A DNA stretch of 64,000 nucleotides from the NCBI RefSeq assembly GCF_011745625.1, contig NW_027191459.1, positions 372,001 through 436,000 of the forward strand, given 5' to 3'. Origin of the DNA: Cladosporium halotolerans (Eukaryota). The notes under the pieces are model-generated. The model did no database searches. It had not been told where the DNA came from and was given only the letters and a program-made list of their open reading frames with translations. Shown here piece by piece: positions 23,348 through 35,867 of this stretch (positions are counted from its first letter, which is position 1; each line of letters begins with the position of its first letter). Made by a program: the position numbers and the translations under genes.

Positions 23348-26300
23348 TCATAACCTCCTCCTCAGCACTCCCCTGTGTCCTCCCGCAGCCTCACCGCCCC
23401 AACTCATAAACCAACACCCTCCCCACCCCCCCACAACTCTCGCTCCCATTCCCCCTACACGCCATCGCACACCCGCCCTCCAACGCCTCCCCCTCAACCC
23501 TCAGCCCCCCCCCGGCCTCCCTACCCCACTAGCACTCCCCCAACACTCCTCCCCATACTCAAGCCCACAAACCCCGAACCCCCTCCCCCCACAAGCGCGC
23601 AAACAATTCCCCACGCTCGCGTTCGCCCCGCCTCCATACCCCGCCAGCGACACCCTGCTCGGCAGCGTGCGCTTAGCCACAGAATCGCGATAACACCCGA
23701 CCAAACTCCAGCGCTCGAAGCTCTCCCGCGCGAAGAACGTCTGCGTCCAGTCCCCATCTTCCACGACCGAAAGCCGATTGCCCGCGCCGCAGTTCTGCGC
23801 TTTGTCGCCGGCGCAGGACATGTTGCATTCTTTTTCGGGCGCGGAGGAGGCAGGGAGGGCGTTGCCGCACCAGCATTCGGAGGCGTATTCGGTGCCGGAG
23901 AATTTGGCGCCGAGGCGGCGGCAGGTTAGGGCGCAGGTGTGCGGGGTTTGGGTGCTGGAGGTGCCGGCGGAGATGGGGAGGGCGCGGGAGGCGGGGGTGT
24001 CGGGGTAGCAGCCTTGGTGGGTGAAGGGAGTGGGGAGGGTGGGAGATGATGACGATGATGATGATGGAGACGAGAAGGAGGATAAGGGTGAGGAGGAGGA
24101 GGAGGTGGTGGTGGTGGTGATGATTGGTAGTGAGGAGGATGAGGTGGAAGTCGTGGTCGGCGAAGGGGTTGTCGTTGAGGTAGAGATAGTCGTCAGGATG
24201 GAGGATGAGCTCGAGGCAGCGGTAAGCGAAGGGGTTGCGGCTGAAGGCGACGAGCTCTGTAGAGAGCTTGTAGAAGAGCTCGCAGCAATAGATGAGCTGA
24301 CGATTAGGCTGTTCGATGTGGCGCTCGTTAATGTGAGTGGAGAAGTCTGCGTGGAGGTCGTTGAGGAGCTCGCAAACATCGACGAGGTTCCAGCTGAGAC
24401 CTCTGCTCCAGTCCTTGAATTCGAGCTCGCCGCTGTAGCCAGTGTGCTGAATCCTGTCCCCGCTGAGCTTGCCAAACTGAATGAAGAAGTCCTCGAAGCC
24501 AAACCCGAACCAGATCCCAACATCGATCCGAACGATGATGTCCCAGACGATCCCAACGACGTTGTCGACGCCGATGAGGAGAAAGATGTCGCCAAGCTTG
24601 TGAAAGTAGTCGGAGGAAACGACGATGTCGCGCCGATCGATGTTGAAGATCCCAAAGAGCTCACGACCCTCGCCCCCCAAACATGCTCCAGCCTCACAGC
24701 CTCCCCGACCTCGCTCTTCAAATAGCACACGCCTCCCGTGAACGCGACGCAGACGCACGAAAGCGTCGCGTCGCACGTCGCGAGACACTCTCCGAACGAA
24801 CTCACAGCTCTGCTTGACAGGTCGCCGGCGCGGTGGTCGATCCCGCACTCGATGAGGAACGTCTTGCCACTGCTTGCGGCGTAGGTCGTGCTGTTCGAGG
24901 CAGGGCACGTGAGCGCCGAAGCAGTTGGAGAGGCAGCAGTCGACGACGCGGTGCTTGCGGCTCTGGAACTGCCGCCGGACGTGCTCCCCGAGCTCGCAGT
25001 GGCAATGGCAGATGAAGTAGTGGAAGACGACGCTTCGACCACGAGCCGCGCGCCCCAGACTCCTCCGTTGACCACCGCAGCCCCAATGCTGCTCTTGAGA
25101 TAGCACGCAGACCCCGACAAACTCACGTCTACGCAGCCGGACGTCTGATCGCAGGCTTCGATGCACTGCTTGAAGGAGCTGACGCTGAGAGAGCTCATGT
25201 CGCCGGCCTGGTGGTCGATGCCGCATTCGATTGCGAAGGCACGGCCACTGTTGGCTGTGTAGGTGCTGCTGTTTGAGGCAGGGCAAGTTAGTGCAGAAGG
25301 CATAGCTGACGAGACTGTGCTCGCTGATCCAGACGCACTGCTGCCAGCAGTGCTCGACTGCGCGCTGGGCGAGCTCGAAGTGGCAGTAGCAGAAGACGCC
25401 CCATCACCCACCAACCTCGCGCCCCAGACTCCTCCATTGGGCACAGCGGGACCGAGAAGGCTCTTCAGATAACACGCCGAACCCGACAAACTGACATCCA
25501 CGCACCGGGCTTCCGCCGCGCAGGCGTCGATGCACTGCCTGAAACTCGAGACGGAGAGCGAAGAGAGGTCGCCACCGGAGTGGTCGATGCAGCATTCGAT
25601 GGTGAAGTTGAGGCCCCGTGAAGTGACGAGGGTGTTGTTTGAGGCTGGGCAAGAGATGTCAGATGAAGCAGCGGTAGGGGTCGAAGTAGGGATAGGGGTG
25701 CCGGAGGTGGTGGAGGGGGAGGGCTGGCTGAAATCTGCATTAGAATAAAGCGTGAGCCGGTTGCCACCGCCGCAGTATTGGAGCGAGTTGTTGGCGCAGG
25801 TCATGCTGCAGTCGCCTGCTGGGACGGGAGTCGAGAGCGAGTGGAGAGTGTTGCCGCAGAAGCATTCAGAGGAGAACTCGGTGCCGAAGTACTTGTAGCT
25901 GGCGCAGAAGGAGGCACAGTATTCCAGGGTCATGGAGGAGCCTGCTGTTGAGCGAGCGGAGAGGGCGCGGTTGCCGTTGGAGGGTTCGGTGTAGCAACCT
26001 GAGGAGTAGAAGCTGCCGATGGTTTCGGGAGTGTTGGGAGGTGGGAGGATGTATGGGGTGCCTTTAGAATAGACTGAGAGGCGGCTGCCGCCGCCGCACG
26101 ATTGTGAGCTATTGCCGGAGCAGGGCATTATGCAGGAGCTCTCGATGACTTTTGTTGTCATGCTGGTCAAGGAGTTGCCGCAGAAGCATTGAGAGCCGTA
26201 TTCTAAGCCGGCGATACTGGAGCCTCTTGCAACGCAGGTTGAGGTGCAGAGCTCGATGGTGTTGGAGCTGCTCTCATAGGCCAGCACAGACAGCGAACGA

Positions 26301-27759
26301 GATGAGCCAGAGTCAGAGTAGCAACCAGCATAAGTCAGATTACCGTCGTAAGTGTTGTTGTTCACAGAAAGCGCCGTCGTGTTGAGAGCAGGATCCGGGA
26401 AAGGGTCATCCCAAGGCGCCTGACGAGGATAACCAAAATCGTAAGAACGATTTCCATTGCCGTGGAAGTTGTCGGTGAACAGGCGAGCTCGACCAGCAGG
26501 CGAGGCCATCATCCCACCTCCGTCATGGCCCATGTTCACCAAATCAACGGTGTCACAATTGGAGCCGCGAGGATCGGAGCAAGAGGGCGGGAAGGCCTTG
26601 ATAAAGTTGAAGAAACGCTCATTGCGATTCCCACCAGTAGTCCCAGGCGCGCATGTAGATGAGTCGTCGCCCAAGTCTTGCATGCCGCGAGCATATGCGA
26701 TCTGTTTGCTGTTGTAGTTGGCAAGGATTGCAGAGCGACCCTTGGACACGAGGTTTTGGCCATACGTCACTAGCGAGATGTCAGCAGGAGTTTCTGCACA
26801 CGGATGCCAGAGTACAAACTAGGATATTCCGTGAAGTTCGTAAACCCTTCGCGGTAATAATCATAAGTCGGGCAAGAGGCAGTCGACAACGGCCGCTCAG
26901 TCGACAACCAAACATAGCTATTCGGATTGCCAATCCAATACGTAACCGGCGACCTCGTATTGAGCTTCTGCCCAACTGCCGCATACCTGTCTCAAAGTCA
27001 GCATTACAATATTGTCCCGCCAGTGACCTCTGCCGAATCATACCGCTGCACAGTCTGTGCACCCAAGGAATGCCCCGCAACAACAATCTGCTTCATGCTC
27101 GGAAACAACACCCTATCGTCAAAATACTGCACCACCGCATCGAGCACAGCGTACGAAGACGTGTTCTGCGAGTAGTACGGAAACTGGTTGTTGCCGCCCG
27201 CGGACCACTGCGAGCCCTTCCAGACGAGCGCGCTGGTCGTCGAGCCGCGCTGGGCGGGCAGGCCGTCGGTCCAGGGGTAGCCGGTGGATTTGTCGTCGCC
27301 TAATGAATCGTCGTCAGTGCCGCATCAGCAAAACTGGAGTTTTCGACACTCGCCATTAGGGAAATAAGGCGCCATGACAGCAACCTGATCCCTCCCCACG
27401 CCCTGCCCCTCCTTCTCCGTAATCGCCAGCGCGCTGAGCATGTTGGCCTCGTACGTGCCTGGGTCTCTGTTCAGCCCGTGGATGATGATCACGGCTCTCT
27501 GGACTTTGCTCTCGACGAGCCGCTTGCCGTCGGAGCCGTGCGAGTAGTAGTTGATGAGGGTGAGGTTGGCGGGCTTCTTCTTGTTGCTGTCGAGGACGCC
27601 GGGGATTTTGAAGAAGGCGATTTCGGAGCCGGGGACGGAGGGGAGGTGGGTGTCGATTGGGTCGCCGGCGTATTGTTGGGCGAGAACAAGGGTTGAGGTG
27701 GGGATGAGGAGGAGGAGGGGGAGCGCGAAGAGCGCTTAGAGAAAAGGGGAGAGGAGCAT
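23348..27759 (-). pseudogene. Secreted alpha/beta-hydrolase + 4 WSC + 3 PAN/apple-like repeat protein, disrupted as sequenced
   Basis: ATG 27759, in-frame TAA at codon 8 (27738-27736), then signal peptide, IIIHG and GHSLG motifs over 3 introns; WSC and PAN-like repeats; last WSC domain broken at a G9 run (23505-23513) and completed in another frame to a stop at 23348. Confidence 0.7.
24665..25660 (-). repeat. Three intragenic ~240-bp repeats encoding PAN/apple-like modules
   Basis: CPASN...F.IEC(G)IDH..GD.SS..VSSF..C...C....CV.V...G..CYLKS..G.AV....VWGAR occurs three times (approx. 25420-25660, 25045-25290, 24665-24910). Confidence 0.85.
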
Positions 27760-29080
27760 TAGGGCGAAATGGGTGGGAGATGATGGATGAGGTGTATAGG
27801 TGCTTGAGGGGTAGTTGGATTCGTAGTGAAGTGATAGTTCCGTAGGAGGCGAGTGGAATGGGTGAAAGGTGCCTTAGCTCATGTGAAGAGCTAGAGGCAA
27901 GAGAAAGTTGCTTGAGAGCTCTGAATGAGGAAGGAGACCAGATATACTTATTGCTCTTCGCAGGTGTGATCTCAGGAACTTACAGAACATACCGATACCC
28001 CTTCGCGAGATCACGCGGTGGCGTAAAGCAACGATGGTCCACAGAAGTTGCGGTGCCAATAGCGTTATATGAGGACAAAAGCAGCCCTATCTCGCTTTTC
28101 TGGGGCCAAGTTGCTTGATTCGGGAATATCAAGCGTACCTTTGGTTCATTATCACTTGGTTTTGGATGATTTGACCGCCGGGTTTGCCGCCATTGGCTTG
28201 AGATGCGCTCAGCCCGCACTCATCCGCCTGAGGGTTTCGGATGGCTGCGATGAAGGACTTCCCCTTCCAGCGTTCAAGGATCGAGGGAAATTCGAATATA
28301 TCAAGGAGACCTGATGTTGACTCTGGAAGATCCGTGCAGCACTTGAACTGGTAAGCGTTGTATCCAGACCTAGGAAGGACGCTCAAAGAGACGGCGAACT
28401 ATTTCATGTCGATCTACCGTGAGCGACCTCGCCATCTTGACAACGAAGCCGTTCAGGGAAGATGTCCTTGTGAATGGACAGTCCAGCACCACAAAGATAC
28501 ACGTCAAGTTCCCTGTGGCCGATTCGTGCACCACGACGGATGTTACACATGATATCAAAGGCTTGGAGGCAGCCACGGCAAACGCCCTGCCTCAGCCAGG
28601 CAAAGTGGCTGAACCAGGCAGCGCCCGACACGCACCTGACAGCCGCCACGGTAGGCCAACGCCCGACGCCTCAGGCAGCAATTTGGATAAGCAACAAGGC
28701 GCGGCAGGTGAAAGGAGAGGCAGGCAGGCAGGCTGGCAGCGCCCGGCCGTGGCTGTGGCCCTGCGAGGCGGACGAGGCGACCAGGAGGCGAAAGAGCCGC
28801 GGCGCACGGCGGTCATCATTGGGCAGAGACGGAGGGAAATGAGGGCTCGCGCGACCAGTGATGAGACGCGGGCACGGCGGGCCTACGACGGCGCTCTTCA
28901 CAGGCCAGGCCCACACACGTCTCGCGCTGGTAGGTGTCGCGCAGCTCCAGGTTGCTGCGGCAGTAGTCCGATCCGAGAGCCAGGCTGCCAGGTGACCGGG
29001 CCGCTCGTGTTGCGGAACAGGGCCAGTAGTGTGTAGTGAGGGCTGGGCTGGGCTGGGCGGAGCAGCAAGTACTGTAGTGA

Positions 29081-29113
29081 GGCAAGGCAAGGCAAGGCAA
29101 GGCAAGGCAAGGC
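29081..29113 (+). repeat. (GGCAA)6 pentanucleotide microsatellite
   Basis: Read directly; a (GGGCT)3 run lies at 29041-29055. Confidence 0.95.
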
Positions 29114-30574
29114 TAACGGCTGCTGCGTCCTCCTGCGAACAGGCGCTCGCCGGGTTGCCCGCCAACCAGGCACCGGCGAGTCTGGCGATCGGAGGGAGTG
29201 ACTTCAGTCGTGGCAGCAACAGTCGCGGCGATGCCATCACAGCCAATTTCCAGCCCGCCCACAGGGAAGAGAGAGGCAGGCCAATCTCGGGTAGGGCTGG
29301 CGGCTCCCTGGATCCACGCGTTGCTCCAATTCCGACTCGCCGCCCCATGGTCGAAACGGCGATGCGCACGAACGGCCGGCTTCGTCTCTTGTTCGCGGCG
29401 AATATAACGCGCTGCTGCGTCGATTGCTCTGAGCGCCGCCTGACAGCCCGCAGTCCGCGCACGCATCGGTGGCATCGTTCTGGCCGTGCTGCCCTGCCGC
29501 CCCGCCGTGCCTTGCATCGCCTCGCGTCTGGCATCAGCTGCGGCGTGTTGGTGCCGGACGGGCTGACCTCGTACACAGCCAATAATGGCCTGGCAGGTCG
29601 CAGGTCGCCGGCGGCGGGTGCCTGCGCAAGACCCGCAAGTGCCCGCCGCGCGACGGCAGAGCAGCGGTGGCAGGGTGGATGCGCGCGCAACACCTCCCGC
29701 CAGCACCGGTGCCATCCATCTCACCTCCTTGCCGGCCGGCCGTTGCAGCGCGCGCACACCCTCCTCCTCCCACCACTCGCTCGCTCGCTCGATCTGCTGG
29801 CCCGGGTGAGTCAGTTGTTGCTGCCCACGCCCGTCCGCGCCCGGGAAGGGTTGCCTCTGCGACGCTTTGGCCGCCGCTCAGCCTCGTCCTTGCTGCCTGA
29901 CCTGCCCAAGGCCCTCCGCCAGGCCTACGTATTCACCACACCCCCCGGCCGGCAGGGCGAGGCTTCGCCCGACAGGTAAGGCAGTGCTGCTGCTCCCGCA
30001 AGGCGCCTGTGACCTCATAAGCCAGCTCCTCGCCAGGCGTCGTATTATTTGACCTCGCTCCCCTGTCGTCGAACCTCTTGTGATCCACACCTCCAGTATC
30101 AACTATCCCAGTCCAGCCCGCCGCAAAACACTCCCACTCCACACATATCTTACAATCCTAGCGCCAAGCCCAGACCATCCATCTTGCCCTTCCGCCCCAT
30201 CGATCGCCTCGTCTTTTCTATAAGACACGGCCTCGTTCTCACGTTGTCGACGATCTATCATCCCAATCAACAACCACCGGATCAACAGCACACACCAATC
30301 GCAGAGCAGGTTCTCTAGCACTCTTTAAATCGTTCATTCCCAACACCAACCTTCTCCCTCAACCTCAACTTCAACCGCCCTGGCCAACGAGCAGGTCCTC
30401 CCAACCAGTGCGAACTCCGATCAAAACCAACCACCACCAACAACAACTCAACCGCCACCCGCCTCTTCGACAGAGCAACCGGGCCACCCAACCAACAACC
30501 AACCTTCCGATCCACCTCCATCTTCATCTGTCACCACCAACTCAAACTCCACCACCCCAACAGCAGCAGCAACA

Positions 30575-30757
30575 ATGGGCGCCCGCGACTCCCGCGCCGA
30601 CTCCGTCCTCTCCGCCCCGGACCCCAGCGCCGCCGTCCGCGTCCCGGCCTCCTCTTCCACCAAATCCAAATCCAAACCCGTCATCCACCAGCACTCCAAG
30701 CCCGCGCCCAAGGAGCACTGCTCCACGAGCGTCATGGACAAGGATCACTGGCGCTGA
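30575..30757 (+). CDS. Candidate 60-aa small protein
   Basis: aacaATGG context, C-ending codon bias; first ATG after ~890 ATG-free nt that contain splice signals. Confidence 0.55.
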   Translation: MGARDSRADSVLSAPDPSAAVRVPASSSTKSKSKPVIHQHSKPAPKEHCSTSVMDKDHWR

Positions 30758-30888
30758 AATTGCTTGCTGTCTTGGAGTCGCTGCTGCATCGATGCGGTGC
30801 ATCTGTTTTGGGAACGGGAGCTAGGGAGTTCTGGGTTGCGCGAAGCAAGGGATTACAGACTGACCTTGGGGGATTTGAGGATTTGAAA

Positions 30889-30911
30889 CGTCGTCGTCGT
30901 CGTCGTCGTCG
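30889..30911 (+). repeat. (CGT)7 microsatellite
   Basis: Read directly. Confidence 0.9.
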
Positions 30912-31803
30912 CACGGCGGGGGGCGTTGTGTACTTTACTGTCGCTTCATCGGGCCGGATCCGTGCGCGCGTATAGATAGAGGGATTTGTTTTGCTTTCTT
31001 TTGTCATGTTCATGGGCGTTTCCGAGGAGCTACTGAGAAAGGGAAAAGATACCACCGACCAACCAAACATCAACCATCACCGTCATCATCGGCGAGAAAC
31101 CGCAAGGTCTGAACGTCACTGTAACGAATAGGATAGAATAGAAATGTACTGCATCGATTGCATCGAACAATATTTCCTTTTTCTCCTCTGCCTTTGACTG
31201 CTACTACCACTCCCAACGCTCTGCACTCCCTTACGGCCTGCACGGCAACTCTGTCTCGCATCATCCAACCCTGCGGGCCTGAGGTGGAGCGTCCCATCAA
31301 CGTTACGCAGCCCTGGAACCGCGCTCGCCCGCGGAGTCCGGCGCGAGAATGTTCGCTGCATGCGCGCTAGGCTGGCTTAGTGTGCTTCGTCGAGGACCCA
31401 TAGTGGCGTTCCAGGTTGATGGGATGGGAGATTTGGGCACTGTGGATCTACCGAGCGGAAAAGCACCGCTGACGATGCATGGGAAACGACGGTGGAGGGT
31501 TTTGTGATGCGATGTGCCGTGCTGTGGTGTTGTCGCGGCAGCTTTTTCGTCCCCATATGTATGTGTGTTTGTTCCATTGGGCGGATGATCCCATGGGCTG
31601 GGCCGAAACGCCCCTCTACTTCTAGAGACCTCCAATCCGCCGTGCGTCTTCTTCAAAACACAGCCTTGGATCCAACGTGCCATGCGCCGCGACGCCCCTC
31701 AAACATCTGAAATCCATAGAAATCCTATCCCAAACCCCAAACGCCCTCGCTAAATCCAAATCCCAAAACGCCGAACCCGACCAAAAACAATCCTCCCTCA
31801 TCC

Positions 31804-31812
31804 TCAGAACCC

Positions 31813-31849
<37 letters not shown>

Positions 31850-32529
31850 CAGCCCCCACACCTCCTCCCTCCCCTCCTCCCCCAAACCGCACACCCATCG
31901 CACACCATCCGCCTGCACTCCGCGCACCCTCTGTCCCCTCCCATGTCCAGCTCCATCGCGTCCTCGCCGACGAGCGAGCCATCGCAGTCTTCGCATCTCC
32001 CAGCCGGTACGAGCAGGCTTCCAGTCGCGGGCGCGGGTTCAGGCACGGGCGCCGAGATGCGCCAGAAGGCGTGCAGGGTGCTTCTTTGCGTCTGCCCTGT
32101 CCCGGTTGCTCCTGCTCCTGCTCCTGCTTCTTGCGTCCGAGCGCCTGGCGTTTCCTCTTGTTGCACTGGCTGGTGCTGCGCATTGTATAGTCTCTGCATA
32201 GTCGACGCTATAATCCGATAAGTGTCAGCGACGTTGGTTGCCCTGTTGTATGTATGCGGCAGGGCGGCCCGGGGCTAGCGAGACATACCATGAATTGAAG
32301 CGATGGGCGGCTTTGTCTGGTGGTAGCGCTTGCGCGTGCGGAGGGAGTCGGATTCGTCGATTGAGGAGGGTTGCAGGAAGGGTTTGGTGGGAGGGAACCA
32401 TGTGGGCGTGGGCTTTGTGGGCGCGTAGAAGGATTGCACGCTGGCTGGTGAGGAGGCGCATGTGCTGCTTGTGAAGGTGGGGGACGGGGAGGAGAGGGTG
32501 TTGAGGGAGCGTTTGCGTTTGAGTTGCAT
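31804..32529 (-). CDS. Fungal hypothetical protein with C-terminal Cys-rich zinc-finger-like region (2 exons)
   Basis: MQLKRKRS...RTRKR...SIH|ASTMQRLYNAQ...TLHAFW...CEDC...CAEC..VCDGC...CGGC; GTATGT-TAG intron at approx. 32210-32288. Confidence 0.75.
31814..31849 (+). repeat. (GCA)12 trinucleotide repeat encoding C-terminal poly-Ala on the minus strand
   Basis: Read directly; lies in the last codons of the zinc-finger-like gene. Confidence 0.95.
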
Positions 32530-32873
32530 TGTCGATTTTCGGTGTACGTCGTTCTGTGGTGTATCGGAAGATATGTGGCAGTTTATTTTGGCGTGGATCG
32601 ATGCGACAGGCAGAATGCAGGGTGAAATGTTGTGAAGATCGAGAGGTTGGTACTCTCAGAGCTGAAGACGCGTGAGCCGGCGGACGCGTTCCGTAGGTAA
32701 AGTGGAAGACGCGAACGTTACGCCATCGAGACGTCGGTCTCAAAAGGCGAGATAATCACTGCTCCACCCCGCTGGTCAGCCCCGCTATACTCCGACGTGC
32801 TATCGTCACGACCTCGTTTGCCATTTGATTACAGGAACTTGATTTTGAAAAGTCATAAAACCAAGATCCTCAA

Positions 32874-34111
32874 ATGGCCTCCAAGCAGATCATCCGTGAT
32901 CCTTCTCACGCAGGCTCGTGGTACACCTCCTCCAAGTCTCAACTCAACTCCCAACTGGACGGATGGCTGAACGACGTCAAGACGCCGGTGAAATGCATCG
33001 GTCCAGAGTCTGAGGGACAAACGGTTGAGCAGCTGCCTGTACCTGGTGCTAGAGTGATTATCGGACCGTGAGTGCTTTGAGATTGTCATACGTCTGGGCA
33101 TCTAGCTGAAGTTGTCCATCAGACACGCTGGCTTCTCGTACTCTGGACCTGCCGCTGCGTGGGCTTACAAGGCTTGGGATGTGAGCAATGCGTGAGTGAC
33201 CTTTGTTTGGTTCTATATCTCCTCAGCCTGTTCTGAGTTTCTGTCCTGGCATCTGCTGGTCATCGACCTTCCTTCGATACACCGGACAAACGCCTCCAAA
33301 ACCCACCCATACTAACAACACCAAACAGCAAACGCGTCTTCCTCCTCGGGCCCTCGCACAAACTCTACCTCGAAAAAGCCGCCCTATCAAAATGCACACA
33401 CTACGGCACGCCCCTCGGCAACCTCCCCATCGATCAGGAAACCACCGCCGCCCTCCACGCCTCCGGCCACTTCCAATACATGACCCGCGACGTCGACGAG
33501 AACGAGCACAGCCTCGAAATGCACACCCCCTACATCTACAAAATCCTCTCTGCGTGAGCCACCCCTTCCCGACACCCCAACCACCCTCCTCATCCCTAAC
33601 AAGCCACAGCGTCCACGGCGCCTCCCCGCCCCCCATAGTCCCCATAATGGTCGGCAACACCTCGCCCGCCACCGAACGCGCCCTCGGCGCCCTGCTAGCC
33701 CCCTACCTCGCGGACCCAGCCAACGCTTTCGTCATCAGCTCCGATTTCGCGCACTGGGGCTCGCGCTTCGGCTACACTTACTACCAGCCTTCGTCCGGCG
33801 ACGCCGTGTCTCTCCGCTCCAGCTCGAAAGCCCCCACGGACCCGCCGATCCACGAGAGCATCAAGCGGGTGGATTTCGAGTGCATGGGCGCTTGCGAGAG
33901 AGGGGCGCATGAGGGCTGGCTTGGGGTGTTGGGCGAGACGGGGAATACGGTCTGTGGGCGGCATCCGATTGGGGTTGTGTTGGCGGGGTTGGAGGGGTTG
34001 AGGGGCGAGGGGAAGGGGGAGTTTAGGTTTGTGAGGTATGAGAGGAGCGGGGAGGTGGTGAGGGTCGGGGAGAGCAGTGTTAGTTACGCGAGCGCTTTTG
34101 CGGTTTTGTAG
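32874..34111 (+). CDS. MHO1: MEMO1/Mho1 family protein (4 exons)
   Basis: SHAGSWY, IIGP|HAGFSYSG, VFLLGPSH, DENEHSLEMHTPY, ISSDFAHWG, NTVCGRHPIG and SSVSYAS motifs. Confidence 0.93.
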
Positions 34112-34220
34112 GCGGACGGGTCTGCGATGGCTTTCGAAGTCTGCACGATGGATGGCGGAGAAGGTGCAGCTCGCTTCGTTGGCAATCAGATTTTCATGTC
34201 TAAACGGCGTCCCACTCTCC

Positions 34221-35867
34221 TCACGCCCCCAATAAAACCTCACACTTGTGGCCCCTCGGCACAACCAAGAAATAATTCTCCATCTCCATCGCTTCCTCCG
34301 TCGCACTCTCCGCCAGCCTCGCGCCCTTGCACTGCCGGAAGAACTCCGCGCTCGCGAGCCGCAATTCCATATACGCGAGGTGCAGGCCGACGCAGGTTCG
34401 CGCGCCTGCGCCGAAGGGGTGGAAAGCCTTCTTCGCTTCGGCGCTGATGCCGTCGTGCAGCCAGCGGGAGGGAAGGAATCTGCGGATGCGTTAGAGTCGG
34501 TGTCATCGGGGGAAGGATTGAAGGGGGCGTACTCGTCTGGGTCAGGAAAGAGGGAGGCGTCGCGGTGGTAGGTGTACGCTTGCGTCGTGACGGTTGTGCC
34601 GGCGTTGATGAAGTGGCCGGCGATGCTGGTGCCGCCGGGCGGGACCGCGCGAGGGAGGCCTGACGGGGCCGCACCATACAGTCGCAGAGATTCCTCGATG
34701 ACGGCGTTGAGGAGGGGGAGTTTCTCGAGGTCCGTGTCGGTGTAGTCCCCTGGCAACTGGGAGACCTCCTGCTCAAGATCCCGCTGCAACGTTGGTCGTG
34801 ATAGGACGGCCCAGGTCAGGTACGTGAGCGTCGTGGAAGTGGTGTCTGTCCCTGCGATGATCAGACCCGAGGCCTCCAGGTGCACGTCGTCCATCCACAG
34901 CTTCTCGCCTTTCTCGGCTTCCGTCGCGATGTTGGAGAAGATGTTGCTCGACGACTCGCTCGCCTGGATGCTATGCAGGAACTTCCGGCCGTGCTCGTAG
35001 AGGGCGTCGTTGGGGCTGAACATGTTTCGCAAAGCCGGGACTGGGAGCAATGTGAGGACGCCGGCGATCGCTTTGATCCAGGGAAGCTCGACGCTGATAC
35101 CCGTGACGATGAGTCGTGTGGTGACGACCCGCATGAAATCGGACACCTGGAGGCAGGATGGTCAGCATCTCCGATTTCGAGTGGCGGTGAGCCATCCTCA
35201 ACTCACAGTGCCCCGCTCCAAATTGTCAAACGAGTGCCCAAACATCAGCCTCCCAGCAACATCCATAGTCATGAACGTCCACCACTGCATCACATCGACC
35301 TTGCCACCGTCCTCCTTCGCAGCCTCCCCCATCCGCCTCACAGCCATCCGCGTCAGCTCGCGAACCGTACCATGCCAATGCTGGTTCAAGAAAGTCTTGC
35401 TGAAAGGCCTCGCCAGTAACCGCCTCCGCGCCGCGTGCTCCTTCGGGTCGGTCATGGTAAAGATGCTGTACCGGCCGTCGCCTTGCGCCGTGAGCTCGTG
35501 GTACCACTCCGTTTTCCTGAATGCGCCGCCAATGCGGTGGATCTGCGCCAGGCCCTCGCGGTTGCTGACCGCGACTTCGTCTGGGGAGATCCGCACTACG
35601 GCGCCGTATTTCTGGTGCAAAGCGTGGACGTGGAAGACACGTCGGCCGGACATAATGGCTGCCTTGAGAGGCAGCCGGGTGAAGGTGGAGTACCATGGTC
35701 CTGGGAGAGAGCGGAGGGGGTTTGTGAGGGCGCGATAGAGGATCTGTAAGTTGTTTAGATTTGATATTCAGGATGCGTGGGATTGTTGTAATCTAACTCA
35801 CTGTGAGTAGAATTAAGACGACGCAGCTCGCGGCTACAACCAAGGGATTCTGCAATAGGGTCTCCAT
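34221..35867 (-). CDS. Cytochrome P450 monooxygenase (4 exons)
   Basis: N-terminal anchor, LPGP, YGAVVRISPDE, AGTDTT, EESLR and heme motif FGAGARTCVG; stop at 34223-34221. Confidence 0.92.

Noticed and set aside
24021..24725. Acidic Asp/Glu/Val-rich 234-aa ORF
   Set aside because: Antisense reading of the Ser/Thr stalk of the WSC gene
28419..29979. Several long overlapping ORFs (205-340 aa) on both strands
   Set aside because: Arg/Ala/Pro-rich GC shadow ORFs crossing microsatellites; no motifs
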